A stretch of DNA of 64,000 bases from an uncultured Eubacteriales bacterium (GTDB taxonomy: Bacteria > Bacillota > Clostridia > Christensenellales > QALW01), in assembly GCA_900547955.1 (NCBI GenBank), contig URIR01000002.1:26943-90942 (forward strand), in the 5' to 3' direction. Below, piece after piece: positions 28,610 through 37,084 of the stretch (within the stretch, counting starts at the first letter, position 1; each line of letters opens with the position of its first letter). Below the pieces are notes generated by a model. That model made no database searches. It was not told the DNA's origin and worked only from the letters and a program-made list of their open reading frames with translations. A program made the translations under genes and the position numbers.

Positions 28610-29812
28610 CTATGACTCCGGCTCTGATTTTATTACCCGTGCCTTAAGCACGCCTTCCGCCAGCCTTATATCCAGTTCCGCCCCGTCCTCCGTCTGTTCT
28701 GGCGCTTTAATAAGCCGCTGGCCCTCAAATACAAGCGCATAGCCCCTTGAAAGCACGTTAAAAGGATTTACCGCATCCGCCCTCCCCCGCAGTCCGTCAA
28801 GGCGCAGCCGGCTACTAGCCAAAATTGCTTCCAAACTCTTAAAAAGCCGACGGCTATACGCCGCAATTTCCGCCTGCCGGGACAACACCAGTTTTTGAGG
28901 ATTAAGCAGCTCGATATTACGTTCTACTAAACGAAGCCTCTGAACCGCATTAGCCAGCCTGTTCTCAGACGCGCTCAGCGCCCGCCTCCGACATTCATTC
29001 AGCTTTCTCTCCAGTTCGTCCCTCTCCCGGACGGCCAGTTCCGCCGCAGCGCTGGGAGTAGGCGCACGCATATCGGCCGCCAGGTCGGTTAAAGTATAAT
29101 CTGTTTCATGCCCTACCGCTGAAATAACCGGCACCGGACAAGCCCTGACCGCACGCACTACCCTTTCATCATTAAAGGCCCATAAATCCTCCACGGAGCC
29201 TCCGCCGCGCCCCACTATAATGACGTCCACATCCTGGTCGGATATATATTTCAGGCCGCGCACAATGCTTTCAGGCGCGTCCTCGCCCTGCACCAGCACA
29301 GGCGCAAGCAGAATGCTTATATTATTGAAACGCCGGCGGGAAACAGTTATAATATCCTTTATAACCGCTCCAGTCGGAGAAGTGACTACCCCTATACGGC
29401 TTGCAAAATAAGGCAAAGGACGCTTCAATTTCTCATCGAACAGCCCCTGGGCGTCCAATTTACTTTTTAACTCCTCCAATTTAAGAAGTATATCTCCGCG
29501 GCCCGCTTTTTTAACTCCATATATATATAGCTGGAACTTGCCGTCTCTTTCATAAATGCCCGCGTCGGCCACAACCTCCACGAGCATTCCGTCATAAAGC
29601 TCAAAATCCAAAGCATAGTTATACTGCCTGAAATAAGAACAGCTCACCGCCGATTTCTGGTCCTTAAGCGTAAAATATATATGGCCTGAGCTGTGCTTCT
29701 TATAACCGGCGATTTCTCCGACGACCGAAATCCCGCTCAGCACAGGATCCTCTTTCAGCAGGCTGTTAGTATAATTGTTCAATTCCCAAACGCTTATGCT
29801 TCTATGATACAT
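28610..29812 (-). CDS. xseA: exodeoxyribonuclease VII large subunit
   Basis: It has an N-terminal OB fold (SVWELNNYTNSLLKEDPVL...GEIAGYKKHSSGHIYFTLKD), the catalytic core (VGRGGGSVEDLWAFN, ISAVGHETD) and a C-terminal coiled coil. The ATG at 29812 was chosen. Confidence 0.9.
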   Translation of the reverse strand: MYHRSISVWELNNYTNSLLKEDPVLSGISVVGEIAGYKKHSSGHIYFTLKDQKSAVSCSYFRQYNYALDFELYDGMLVEVVADAGIYERDGKFQLYIYGVKKAGRGDILLKLEELKSKLDAQGLFDEKLKRPLPYFASRIGVVTSPTGAVIKDIITVSRRRFNNISILLAPVLVQGEDAPESIVRGLKYISDQDVDVIIVGRGGGSVEDLWAFNDERVVRAVRACPVPVISAVGHETDYTLTDLAADMRAPTPSAAAELAVRERDELERKLNECRRRALSASENRLANAVQRLRLVERNIELLNPQKLVLSRQAEIAAYSRRLFKSLEAILASSRLRLDGLRGRADAVNPFNVLSRGYALVFEGQRLIKAPEQTEDGAELDIRLAEGVLKARVIKSEPES

Positions 29813-29813
29813 T

Positions 29814-30773
29814 TTATTCGCCCTTTGCAAGATACATATATCTGGCTCTCGCCAGCAGCGCCGTGCCTACGGCATTATCCGAGCTAAGCCGGGGCTGCGT
29901 AAAATATACCTTTATGCCGTCGTATTTTTCGCCCAAAATACTTTGAAGATGCGAACGCAGATATTTGCTTGAGGCTACGCCGCCCGTAATAAGCACATCA
30001 AATACCCCTGTTTTTAAAGCGGCGTTATAAATCAAAGTAGAAAGCGCCTCGCATACTGCGTACATAACCCCTTCGGCTACAGTAGTTTTATCAACTCCAT
30101 TATTCAGAGCCCGAAGCGCCGCAGTTTCAGTACCTGAAAAGCTGCATTTTTCAGTATCCGCATAAGAGGGGATGCGTATTCGCCTGCCCTCCTGAGATAT
30201 AGCCAATTCATCTATATATTTGCCCGCAGGAAAAGAAAAGCCCATTTTAACGCCCAGCCTATCAAGAAGCTGACCGGCGCTTATATCCCCTGTACCCGAA
30301 ATAATCGTGCATTCAGGCTGATTTTTTATTATTTCACAATTTAATACCTCGGTAGTTCCGCCTGAAAGATGAACTGCAATAAATTTATTATGCTTCAGAG
30401 CGCAACCGCTTAGAGCAGCCATAACATGCCCTCTTTGATGGTCGGACATATAAAGCTCTATGCCTAAGGCCTGAGCTACCATTTCGGCCATGCGCACGCC
30501 CGCGTAAAACACAGGCATATACGAGCCCTGACAGGCCCTGGGAGTAGCGCTTACGCACATGCATTGCGGATTTTCCCCAATATCCTTAAGTAAATTGCCG
30601 TAAAGCATGGGCAACGCATTAACATGCTGATAAAAGCCCTCGCTCTGCCTTAAGCCTCTCTGGCCATCAGGCACATTAAGCAATTTCCGCTGGTCAGAAA
30701 GCAGATTCCCGTTTTCATCCACAGCCGCTATAGACGTAGTATAACAGCTTGTATCAATACCTAAAAAAATCAT
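29814..30773 (-). CDS. Kae1/TsaD-like (peptidase M22, ASKHA-fold) family protein, divergent
   Basis: MIFLGIDTSCYTTSIAAV, HQRGHVMAA and TGGVASS resemble TsaD motifs, but the protein is shorter and divergent. It is translationally coupled to nusB by an ATGA overlap. Confidence 0.55.
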   Translation of the reverse strand: MIFLGIDTSCYTTSIAAVDENGNLLSDQRKLLNVPDGQRGLRQSEGFYQHVNALPMLYGNLLKDIGENPQCMCVSATPRACQGSYMPVFYAGVRMAEMVAQALGIELYMSDHQRGHVMAALSGCALKHNKFIAVHLSGGTTEVLNCEIIKNQPECTIISGTGDISAGQLLDRLGVKMGFSFPAGKYIDELAISQEGRRIRIPSYADTEKCSFSGTETAALRALNNGVDKTTVAEGVMYAVCEALSTLIYNAALKTGVFDVLITGGVASSKYLRSHLQSILGEKYDGIKVYFTQPRLSSDNAVGTALLARARYMYLAKGE

Positions 30774-31168
30774 AACTCCTTAAAACAGGCGTTCAGAATA
30801 CCATTAATATAGGACGGCGATTTATCATTGCAATATTTCTTAGCCAGTTCCACAGCCTGGTCTATAGAAGTCTTGGGCGGAACGTCGTCAATAAACAGCA
30901 TTTCGCAGACCGCCAAGCGCAGTATGGCCATATCAGTACGCGGCAAACGTTCAGGCGTCCAATCAATCAGCTTATCAGATATGGTTTTATCAATACGCGC
31001 CCTATTCGACTTAAAGCAGTCCAGCACGCCGTTTATATAAAGCAAATCCGCATCGCCGAACTGCTCCGCGTCAAACAGCGCAGCATACCCCTCGGGCGGA
31101 GTCTGATTATCAAAGGACAGCTCAAACAACAGCTTGAACGCAATTTCCCTGGCTTCTATACGCCCCAT
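30770..31168 (-). CDS. nusB: transcription antitermination factor NusB
   Basis: 132 aa with MGRIEAREIAFKLLFE... and ...LRLAVCEMLF...IDQAVELAK. Confidence 0.9.
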   Translation of the reverse strand: MGRIEAREIAFKLLFELSFDNQTPPEGYAALFDAEQFGDADLLYINGVLDCFKSNRARIDKTISDKLIDWTPERLPRTDMAILRLAVCEMLFIDDVPPKTSIDQAVELAKKYCNDKSPSYINGILNACFKEL

Positions 31169-31348
31169 TTTACAGCTCCTTTAAAAAATAATAAGCAGCT
31201 TTTTACTACTCTTTAAAAGCCACAACAAACATATTAACACAATTCCTTAAATTTCACAATTAATTTATACTGAGATGCAGGCAGTAAAAACAATATTTTA
31301 AGAAATTACGATTAAAAACAAGCAGCGCGTATGCCTGGAAGAATATTT

Positions 31349-31531
31349 TTATTATCCCGCGCATAAAGGAGCCAGGGGGGCGGCGCGGAATTTTTGCGCC
31401 CTTTCAGGGCGCAAAAATAGAGCGCAGCCAATATGCCGCGAAAGCTTGCTTTCTCGGTATATTGGCTGCGCTGGGCCAGGCTTCGCCTGGCTCCGCGCCG
31501 CCCCCTGGCTCCTTTATGCGCGGGATAATAA
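31349..31531. repeat. GC-rich nested-palindrome element, copy C (~41-bp outer stem with one bulge, three hairpins)
   Basis: 31349-31389 pairs with 31492-31531, with 6 G opposite 5 C. The interior hairpins are:
- ATTTTTGCGCCCT-TTC-AGGGCGCAAAAAT.
- A ~23-bp hairpin (31421-31472, 2 mismatches).
- GCCAGGC-TTC-GCCTGGC.
The module order is the mirror image of copy A. Confidence 0.9.
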
Positions 31532-31644
31532 AGAGCCGCTTCGTGGTAAAAAAAACGGCCGTCCCAAAAGAGGACATACGGATAGCAGACATGGACATAA
31601 CGCGCGGACGGTCATGCCTCTTTTTTCACCCCTATAAAAAGTAT

Positions 31645-32175
31645 TTAAAGCACGCATTCCAGCTGGCAGTCAAACGGCTCTTTTTCAACATGTGATTGAT
31701 TATACTCAGTTGCTTCTATACATCCCATACTTCTATAAAACTCTTGACTTTCTACCGCCGAATGAGCGGAAATATATAATTTTTTTGCTGAATGCGCTTT
31801 CGCCCAAACCTTTGCCGCATTGAAAAGCACTTTGCCTATTCCGCATTTTCTCATATCCTCTGAAACATAAATATTGGTTAAATCAAGATACTGATGCGCG
31901 CTGCCAAACAGATTGCTTTCCACAGAAACAAAACCTTTAAGTTGGTCATTATAAAAGGCGGCATAAACAAAGCCACCCGAGCGAACCGTTTTCTGTAAAT
32001 TTAAAACCAATTCTTTATAGTCAGCTTCCGTCCATTCGTCAATAAATGGAGCGTCCTCTACTGTCTACTGTCCGTTATGTTTACGCCAACACTTTGCGAC
32101 TACCTGATGACGTATAAAATTAAGAAAGAGTTGTCTGCAAATCTCATTTTCCAATAAATTTCTATATGTCAGCAT
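31645..32175 (-). pseudogene. GNAT family N-acetyltransferase interrupted by an in-frame TAG
   Basis: Manual translation from the ATG at 32175 (RBS GGAGAGG) gives MLTYRNLLENEICRQLFLNFIRHQVVAKCWRKHNGQ-TAG-TVEDAPFIDEWTEADYKELVLNLQ... It continues in the same frame into the 121-aa ORF 31645-32010. The stop codon is at 32065-32067. Confidence 0.7.
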
Positions 32176-32555
32176 TTTCCTCTCCATGTTAAATCCTCAT
32201 TATCGTTCTATTGAAACCGCTAAAATTATAGCATACAAAGAAAAGCGCATCAAGCTGGCCCTATCCCTCAGTATAATTATACTAAGGGCTAGTTTGCTCA
32301 CTAACCGCTTGCGAGCGGTGGTACTGCTACTGCCTGACGACGGCCGCATGCTCTCCGAGAAGAACGCGTCGGCAGGCCGTTTACAGATGATATTACTAAA
32401 GCTGGAGGCTGTCAATAGATTGGCTGCGCCTTGCCTGCGGCGCCCTTGACAGCTTCCAGCTTCATTACTTTGCGGAAACCAAGAGGTGCTTAATCCCTCT
32501 CTCTTTCGGAATGTATTCTTTTTCAGGAATACTTTCCTGGCAAATAGTTTACCGC

Positions 32556-34211
32556 TTATTTATTCTTCTTTCTTCTTGCCGCAATTACACCCGAGCCCGC
32601 AGCCGCGGCCAGCGCAAAGGCTAAAGTAGCAAAATCGCCGTTATTATCGCCCGGCTTATCTGTATTCCAGGCATAGCCGTAAGCGTCCTTAAAGGCGTCG
32701 GCATATTCATCTGTTTTTTCGCCTAAACCCGATATATCAACGCCTTTTTCTTCAGCCTCAGCCAAAAGCGCATAAAGCTCGGTTATAGCATCCTTCCATG
32801 CCTCTTCATTTTTCTTATCCATATCCGCGCCGAATAAATCAGCTAAAGCGGCGTCCATCGCCTCTATTAAAGCGGCCACCGCATTATACTCGGCCAGCGC
32901 CGCGGCATAAGCTTCCCCGTAATTCTCTCCCAGCTCAGGATTAGCAGTAAGCAGCGCGCTTATTGAATCCAAAACTGCTTTAGCGTCATTATAATTAGAC
33001 GCGTTAATGCTTTCAGGCAGCCGAGCTAAAAGCGCCTCCAGTTCCTCCGCAGTACCGTCCGGTTCTTCAACAGGATTTTCTCCCGCCTTATACAAAAGCG
33101 CGCCCAATCCGTTTAAGGAAATAACCGCCGTCTTATCCGTTCTGCTCTGGAAAAATACGCCGGGCTCCCAATAAAGCGTATACTCATCGTTAGAATGGTC
33201 AAAGTTGCCCTTAAGCTCTTCGGAATTGCTGTTACCTATGCGGGTAACGGGAATGCAGAGATAACCATCAAAGCCGGCGGGTATAACAACCTGATAACGG
33301 CTCATGGAATAAATAACCTCCGCTCTCTGCGCCTGGCCGTCTCTGCTGACTAAATATATTCCGTCGCATCCCTCGGCCTCGCCCGTGAGATAGAAGTTGC
33401 CGTCCGTACCGCCGCCGTTCCAGCGATATCCCTGGAAGCCCAGACTGGATTCGCCTGCATAGTTGGTTATATCAAATACCAGGCTGGACGCGGCCCTTTT
33501 AACATTAAGGTCAAAGCTATCTCTATAATCCCCTTTATTTCCATTATAAGCGTCAAATTTAACCTCAGTATACTGACTTTCGCCAGCCGAAGCGGCAATT
33601 ATAGGCTTATTTAAATCGCTTAGCATAATCATCTGGTCGGCGTCAAAAATTGTTCCGTCAGCATGTCCGTCTTCAAATGTAAATGTAAAGCCCGGCACGT
33701 CATGCCATTCTTTAGTGGTACCGTTGTAGTAGCTCATATAAACATAATAGGTAGTACCTACTGTAAAGGTAAAATGGCTGTCCAAAACCTGAACACCGTC
33801 CACCAAGCCGTTGTCGTCTGTCATGGAGCTGGGACCAATTCTCCAAAGGGAGGAAGGAACTACATTATTTAGGCGCTTTATCGTGCCATCCTTATTACCG
33901 TTATCCTTAGGCTCAGTATATATGCCCATTTCTGCCCAGCTCGCTCCTTCAAAAGGCGTAAAATAAATATTGGCTGTCATATTTGTCGTATCGCAGTCAA
34001 CATATATTTCTCTTTCAGGCTGAGTATACTCGCCGGGATAAGTAAACTCAAAGCATTTGGAAATTTCCCATGCACTACCATTTACAGGGGTTGCGAGATA
34101 TGTGTAATACTTTTGACCGGGAACAAATTCAAAATAATCCACCAAATCGACCTTGTCTAAGTTGCCCACGGTACGGGAAGAGCTGTTCACATCGCTTCCT
34201 CCGCGCTTCAC
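32556..34211 (-). CDS. surface protein, main part (repeat domains + CBM-like domain + helical region + C-terminal anchor); probably the 3' part of a frameshifted gene
   Basis: It has no signal peptide of its own. It begins in the middle of a repeat domain (...VDYFEFVPGQKYYTYL...CFEFTY). Its C-terminus NGDFATLAFALAAAAGSGVIAARRKKNK is homologous to that of 19086-19679. Confidence 0.65.
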   Translation of the reverse strand: MKRGGSDVNSSSRTVGNLDKVDLVDYFEFVPGQKYYTYLATPVNGSAWEISKCFEFTYPGEYTQPEREIYVDCDTTNMTANIYFTPFEGASWAEMGIYTEPKDNGNKDGTIKRLNNVVPSSLWRIGPSSMTDDNGLVDGVQVLDSHFTFTVGTTYYVYMSYYNGTTKEWHDVPGFTFTFEDGHADGTIFDADQMIMLSDLNKPIIAASAGESQYTEVKFDAYNGNKGDYRDSFDLNVKRAASSLVFDITNYAGESSLGFQGYRWNGGGTDGNFYLTGEAEGCDGIYLVSRDGQAQRAEVIYSMSRYQVVIPAGFDGYLCIPVTRIGNSNSEELKGNFDHSNDEYTLYWEPGVFFQSRTDKTAVISLNGLGALLYKAGENPVEEPDGTAEELEALLARLPESINASNYNDAKAVLDSISALLTANPELGENYGEAYAAALAEYNAVAALIEAMDAALADLFGADMDKKNEEAWKDAITELYALLAEAEEKGVDISGLGEKTDEYADAFKDAYGYAWNTDKPGDNNGDFATLAFALAAAAGSGVIAARRKKNK

Positions 34212-34465
34212 CCGGCCATCATTGAGGCTGTCTCCATAGGTATTCCATATATCCCAAAACCCTCTTTATCAGGTTTTTCGGTTAATAAGAACATTTCCAC
34301 CCATTGAGTGCCGGACGGCGGAGTATAATTAAACGTAGCCGTGCCCGCCTCTTGGTCAAAACTGACGCTTATCTGCCAGTCAAAGCCGTCCGCTGCCGCA
34401 GCCGGGATAACCGCCAATCCCAGAAGCATGCAAACGGATAAAAGAATTCCAAGAAACTTTTTCAT
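34208..34465 (-). CDS. signal peptide plus first half of a repeat domain; probable 5' part of the frameshifted surface-protein gene
   Basis: MKKFLGILLSVCMLLGLAVIPAAAA is followed by DWQISVSF...WVEMFLLTEKPDKEG. That sequence matches the N-terminal half of the repeat seen intact in the next ORF (WAEMGIYTEPKDNG). Its stop overlaps the next ORF (GTGA). Confidence 0.6.
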   Translation of the reverse strand: MKKFLGILLSVCMLLGLAVIPAAAADGFDWQISVSFDQEAGTATFNYTPPSGTQWVEMFLLTEKPDKEGFGIYGIPMETASMMAG

Positions 34466-34721
34466 TTATGTAGACTCCTTTCATTTTGTTAATAATATTT
34501 TATCGTTTTTTGACGAAATAGTAAATGCTCAAACTTATCTTTTTCGCGCATTAAAGTAGCACTATTCTAACTTTTGGCAGTAAAACTATGTTAAATTTAA
34601 CCTTTGATAAATAATGAAATTACAGTATAATACGCCGTAGATTTCTGCTTAAAACATTCTTTTGCCGCAGATGAAGCTGATACGCTTGTAAAAAGCGTTT
34701 ACGCTAATTGCGCCTCCTATT

Positions 34722-34755
34722 AAAAATAAAAAAAGAGAAGCGTTGCCGCTTCTCT
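34722..34755 (-). terminator. rho-independent terminator of the SASP gene
   Basis: The hairpin AGAGAAGCG-TTGC-CGCTTCTCT is followed on the minus strand by a long T run. Confidence 0.8.
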
Positions 34756-34801
34756 TTGCGAAAATACTCTTTAAAAATATTTTCGTAAACACCTCTTAAT
34801 A

Positions 34802-34996
34802 TTACTTAGAGGTTCTCTCATAGGATTCGATCATGCGCTTAACCATCTCGCCGCCGATAGAACCAGCCTCGCGGGAAGTTAAATCGCCGTTATAGCCCTG
34901 CTTGAGATTAACTCCCACCTGCTTGGCAACCTCGTTCTTAAGGTTGTTCATAGCCTGCTTCGCTTCGGGTACAACCAGCTTATTGCTTCTAGCCAT
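34802..34996 (-). CDS. alpha/beta-type small acid-soluble spore protein
   Basis: 64 aa: SNKLVVPEAKQAMNNLKNEVAKQVGVNL...GDLTSREAGSIGGEMVKRMIE, the canonical SASP signature. Confidence 0.95.
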   Translation of the reverse strand: MARSNKLVVPEAKQAMNNLKNEVAKQVGVNLKQGYNGDLTSREAGSIGGEMVKRMIESYERTSK

Positions 34997-35047
34997 TTCT
35001 TTTTCACCTCCTGGTCATTATTTAATGAATATCGGTATAAATATAAC

Positions 35048-35242
35048 TTACTTGTTGCCGCGCTGATACGACTCGATCATCCTGCGAACCATCTCGCCGC
35101 CTACGCTGCCGTTCTGCTTAGCAGTCAGATCGCCGTTATAGCCCTGCTTCAGGTTTACTCCCATGGAGCTGGCCACTTCATATTTGAAGTTGTCCATAGC
35201 CTGCTTCGCCTCGGGAACCACAAGTTTATTGCTTGACGCCAT
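35048..35242 (-). CDS. alpha/beta-type small acid-soluble spore protein
   Basis: 64 aa and a paralog of the previous gene: SNKLVVPEAKQAMDNFKYEVASSMGVNL...GGEMVRRMIE. Confidence 0.95.
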   Translation of the reverse strand: MASSNKLVVPEAKQAMDNFKYEVASSMGVNLKQGYNGDLTAKQNGSVGGEMVRRMIESYQRGNK

Positions 35243-35406
35243 TTAAAATTCACCTCCTTAAGAAGTTTCTGATATTATTTTGCTATATTAATTTAGAAAT
35301 ATTACAGGTAATTTATAGAAAATTCATTTTTCTTAAATAATGCAAGAAATCAAATTTACACGCATACAATAAATAATATAAAAAACAGCCGAACGGAGGC
35401 GCAACC

Positions 35407-35664
35407 ATGAGTGAAAGGTATACCGATTTAAGACAGAAGGAAGTAGTAAATCTATGCGACGGCAAGCGATTAGGCTGCATATGCGACGTTATAGTAGATG
35501 TGTCCTGCGGAAAAATAGAGGCTATAGTAGTGCCGGGACAGTGCGGGATATCATCTATTTTTAAAGGCGGCAAGGATATTATAGTCCCCTGGAACAAAAT
35601 CTGCAAATTCGGAGAGGACGTAATACTGGTGGACGTCAGCGGCTTAGGGCTGCGCAAGGGCTGA
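35407..35664 (+). CDS. YlmC/YmxH family sporulation protein (PRC-barrel)
   Basis: 85 aa with DLRQKEVVNLCDGKRLGCICDVIVDVSCGKIEAIVVPG, typical of YlmC/YmxH. Confidence 0.85.
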   Translation: MSERYTDLRQKEVVNLCDGKRLGCICDVIVDVSCGKIEAIVVPGQCGISSIFKGGKDIIVPWNKICKFGEDVILVDVSGLGLRKG

Positions 35665-35762
35665 CGTCTATTTTAAAATAAGCAATTGCTATTACTGCCT
35701 GATTTTTACAAAACTTCAGCTTTTTACATATCGATTTATATCCGTAGTTTGCTGTAATACTA

Positions 35763-35900
35763 CTACCCTCAGTTTACAAAGAAGACGGCCAAAAAGCATA
35801 AATCTGCGTCCTGCCGCGTCGCTTTCGCCCCAAGCGCGCCCGGGTTTATTAAATATGCCCATCAACAGAGGATTGCAACGCAGGATTACAGCGTTTCCGA
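35763..35900. repeat. truncated copy of the MITE-like family F (left end only)
   Basis: CTACCCTCAGTTTACAAAGAAGACGGCCAAAAAGCATAAATCTGCGTCCTGCCGCGTCGCTTTCGCC aligns with 21904-21975 at roughly 80% identity by eye. No right terminal repeat was found. Confidence 0.65.
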
Positions 35901-36115
35901 AGCGTTCGGACAAGTTAAATTTTAAGGCATACGATAAAAAAGGCCCGCGCCGGCGCCGACGCTATATAATAAGCAAAAGTTCTTACCGTTACCTAGAAGA
36001 ATAAATGTTCTTCTAGGTAAGGCCGACACAATATATTCAGAATAAACGCCATACATATTATCGACAAATAATTTTTGAAAAACAATTGAATGTACCCGGC
36101 GTCAAAAAATTTACG

Positions 36116-36144
36116 TTGAAATTAAACGCGCCATGATGTATAAT
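36116..36144 (+). promoter_or_regulatory. sigma-A-type promoter for the flavin reductase/rubredoxin gene
   Basis: TTGAAA (36116-36121), a 17-nt spacer ending in TG, then TATAAT (36139-36144). Confidence 0.6.
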
Positions 36145-36223
36145 TTAAACTGTCTAAATACTGGAGTATTCCTCAGTTTTAACATACAACAGAACGGAGA
36201 AAAAATTTACGGAGGTTTTAAGA

Positions 36224-36838
36224 ATGAACAAAAGTATTCTTTACAAGCTGTCTTATGGATTATACGCTATAGGCGCGCAGGACGGAGCGTGCATAGCCAA
36301 TACTGTATTTCAGATTACCAGTACGCCCGCCGTTATTGCCCTGAGCATGAATAAAAACAACGCGACTCACGACCTTATCCAAAAATCCGGACGTTTTTCA
36401 GTATCTATTTTAAACGAGGACGTCCCGTCCGAGATTATCAGCACGCTTGGCTTTGCCTCGTCCAGAGATACCGATAAATTTACCGGGCTGCCCTGGAAGA
36501 AAATAAACGGACTGCCCGTATTGGAAAAAGGCAGCTCTGGTTATCTGTTATGCGAAGTGATATCCTCATCTGATTTAGGCACGCATACCGTATTCTTCGC
36601 AGCCGTTCAGGAAGCCGAAGCTGTTCAAGAGGGCCGCGTTATGACTTATGAATACTATCATAATGTAATAAAGGGTAAGGCTCCCAAAAACGCGCCTACC
36701 TATCAGGAACCCGAAATGGCGCAGGAGACCGGATATGTATGCACAGTTTGCGGATATTTTCATAAGGGCGAACTGCCTGAAGGCTTTAGATGCCCCGTCT
36801 GCGGCATGCCAGCGGACAAATTCAAAAAAGTGCCGTAA
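36224..36838 (+). CDS. flavin reductase-like domain fused to a C-terminal rubredoxin domain
   Basis: The N-terminal part resembles an FMN-binding split barrel (LSYGLYAIGAQDG...GRFSVSIL). The C-terminal part, YVCTVCGYFHKGELPEGFRCPVCGMPADKF, has the rubredoxin CxxC...CxxC pattern. Confidence 0.8.
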   Translation: MNKSILYKLSYGLYAIGAQDGACIANTVFQITSTPAVIALSMNKNNATHDLIQKSGRFSVSILNEDVPSEIISTLGFASSRDTDKFTGLPWKKINGLPVLEKGSSGYLLCEVISSSDLGTHTVFFAAVQEAEAVQEGRVMTYEYYHNVIKGKAPKNAPTYQEPEMAQETGYVCTVCGYFHKGELPEGFRCPVCGMPADKFKKVP

Positions 36839-36856
36839 TATGCTGATTAAATAGGA

Positions 36857-36989
36857 TTTCAGCGCAGAAAAAGCCCCAGGGGGGCGGCGTTGGGCAGGCT
36901 TATTAAGCCTGCCTGGGCCGGGCCTAAGGCCCGGCCCGCGGCCGAAGGCCGCGCAACGCCGCCCCCCTGGGGCTTTTTCTGCGCTGAAA
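36857..36989. repeat. GC-rich nested-palindrome element, copy D (36-bp perfect outer stem, three short GC hairpins)
   Basis: 36857-36892 is the exact reverse complement of 36954-36989. The interior hairpins are GGCAGGCTT-ATT-AAGCCTGCC, GGGCCGGGCC-TAA-GGCCCGGCCC and GCGGCC-GAA-GGCCGC. These are the same three modules as copy B, in reversed order. Confidence 0.9.
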
Positions 36990-37084
36990 CCTGCGTCCGT
37001 TAAAAACGCCCAGCCAGCGCTGCATTTTAAAATCTGCGCAATATATTGCCAATAACGGGCAAACTCTTAAACTAACGTTTCCCC

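Noticed and set aside
32065-32067. The amber codon in the GNAT gene read as pyrrolysine or programmed read-through.
   Set aside because: There are no pyl genes or PYLIS-like context in the window, and a GNAT has no known need for Pyl. A nonsense mutation or a sequencing error is far more likely. It is kept only as a caveat in the finding.
35313-35657. A 114-aa ORF antisense to ylmC/ymxH.
   Set aside because: The plus-strand product is a textbook YlmC/YmxH protein. The antisense ORF has no recognisable features or RBS.
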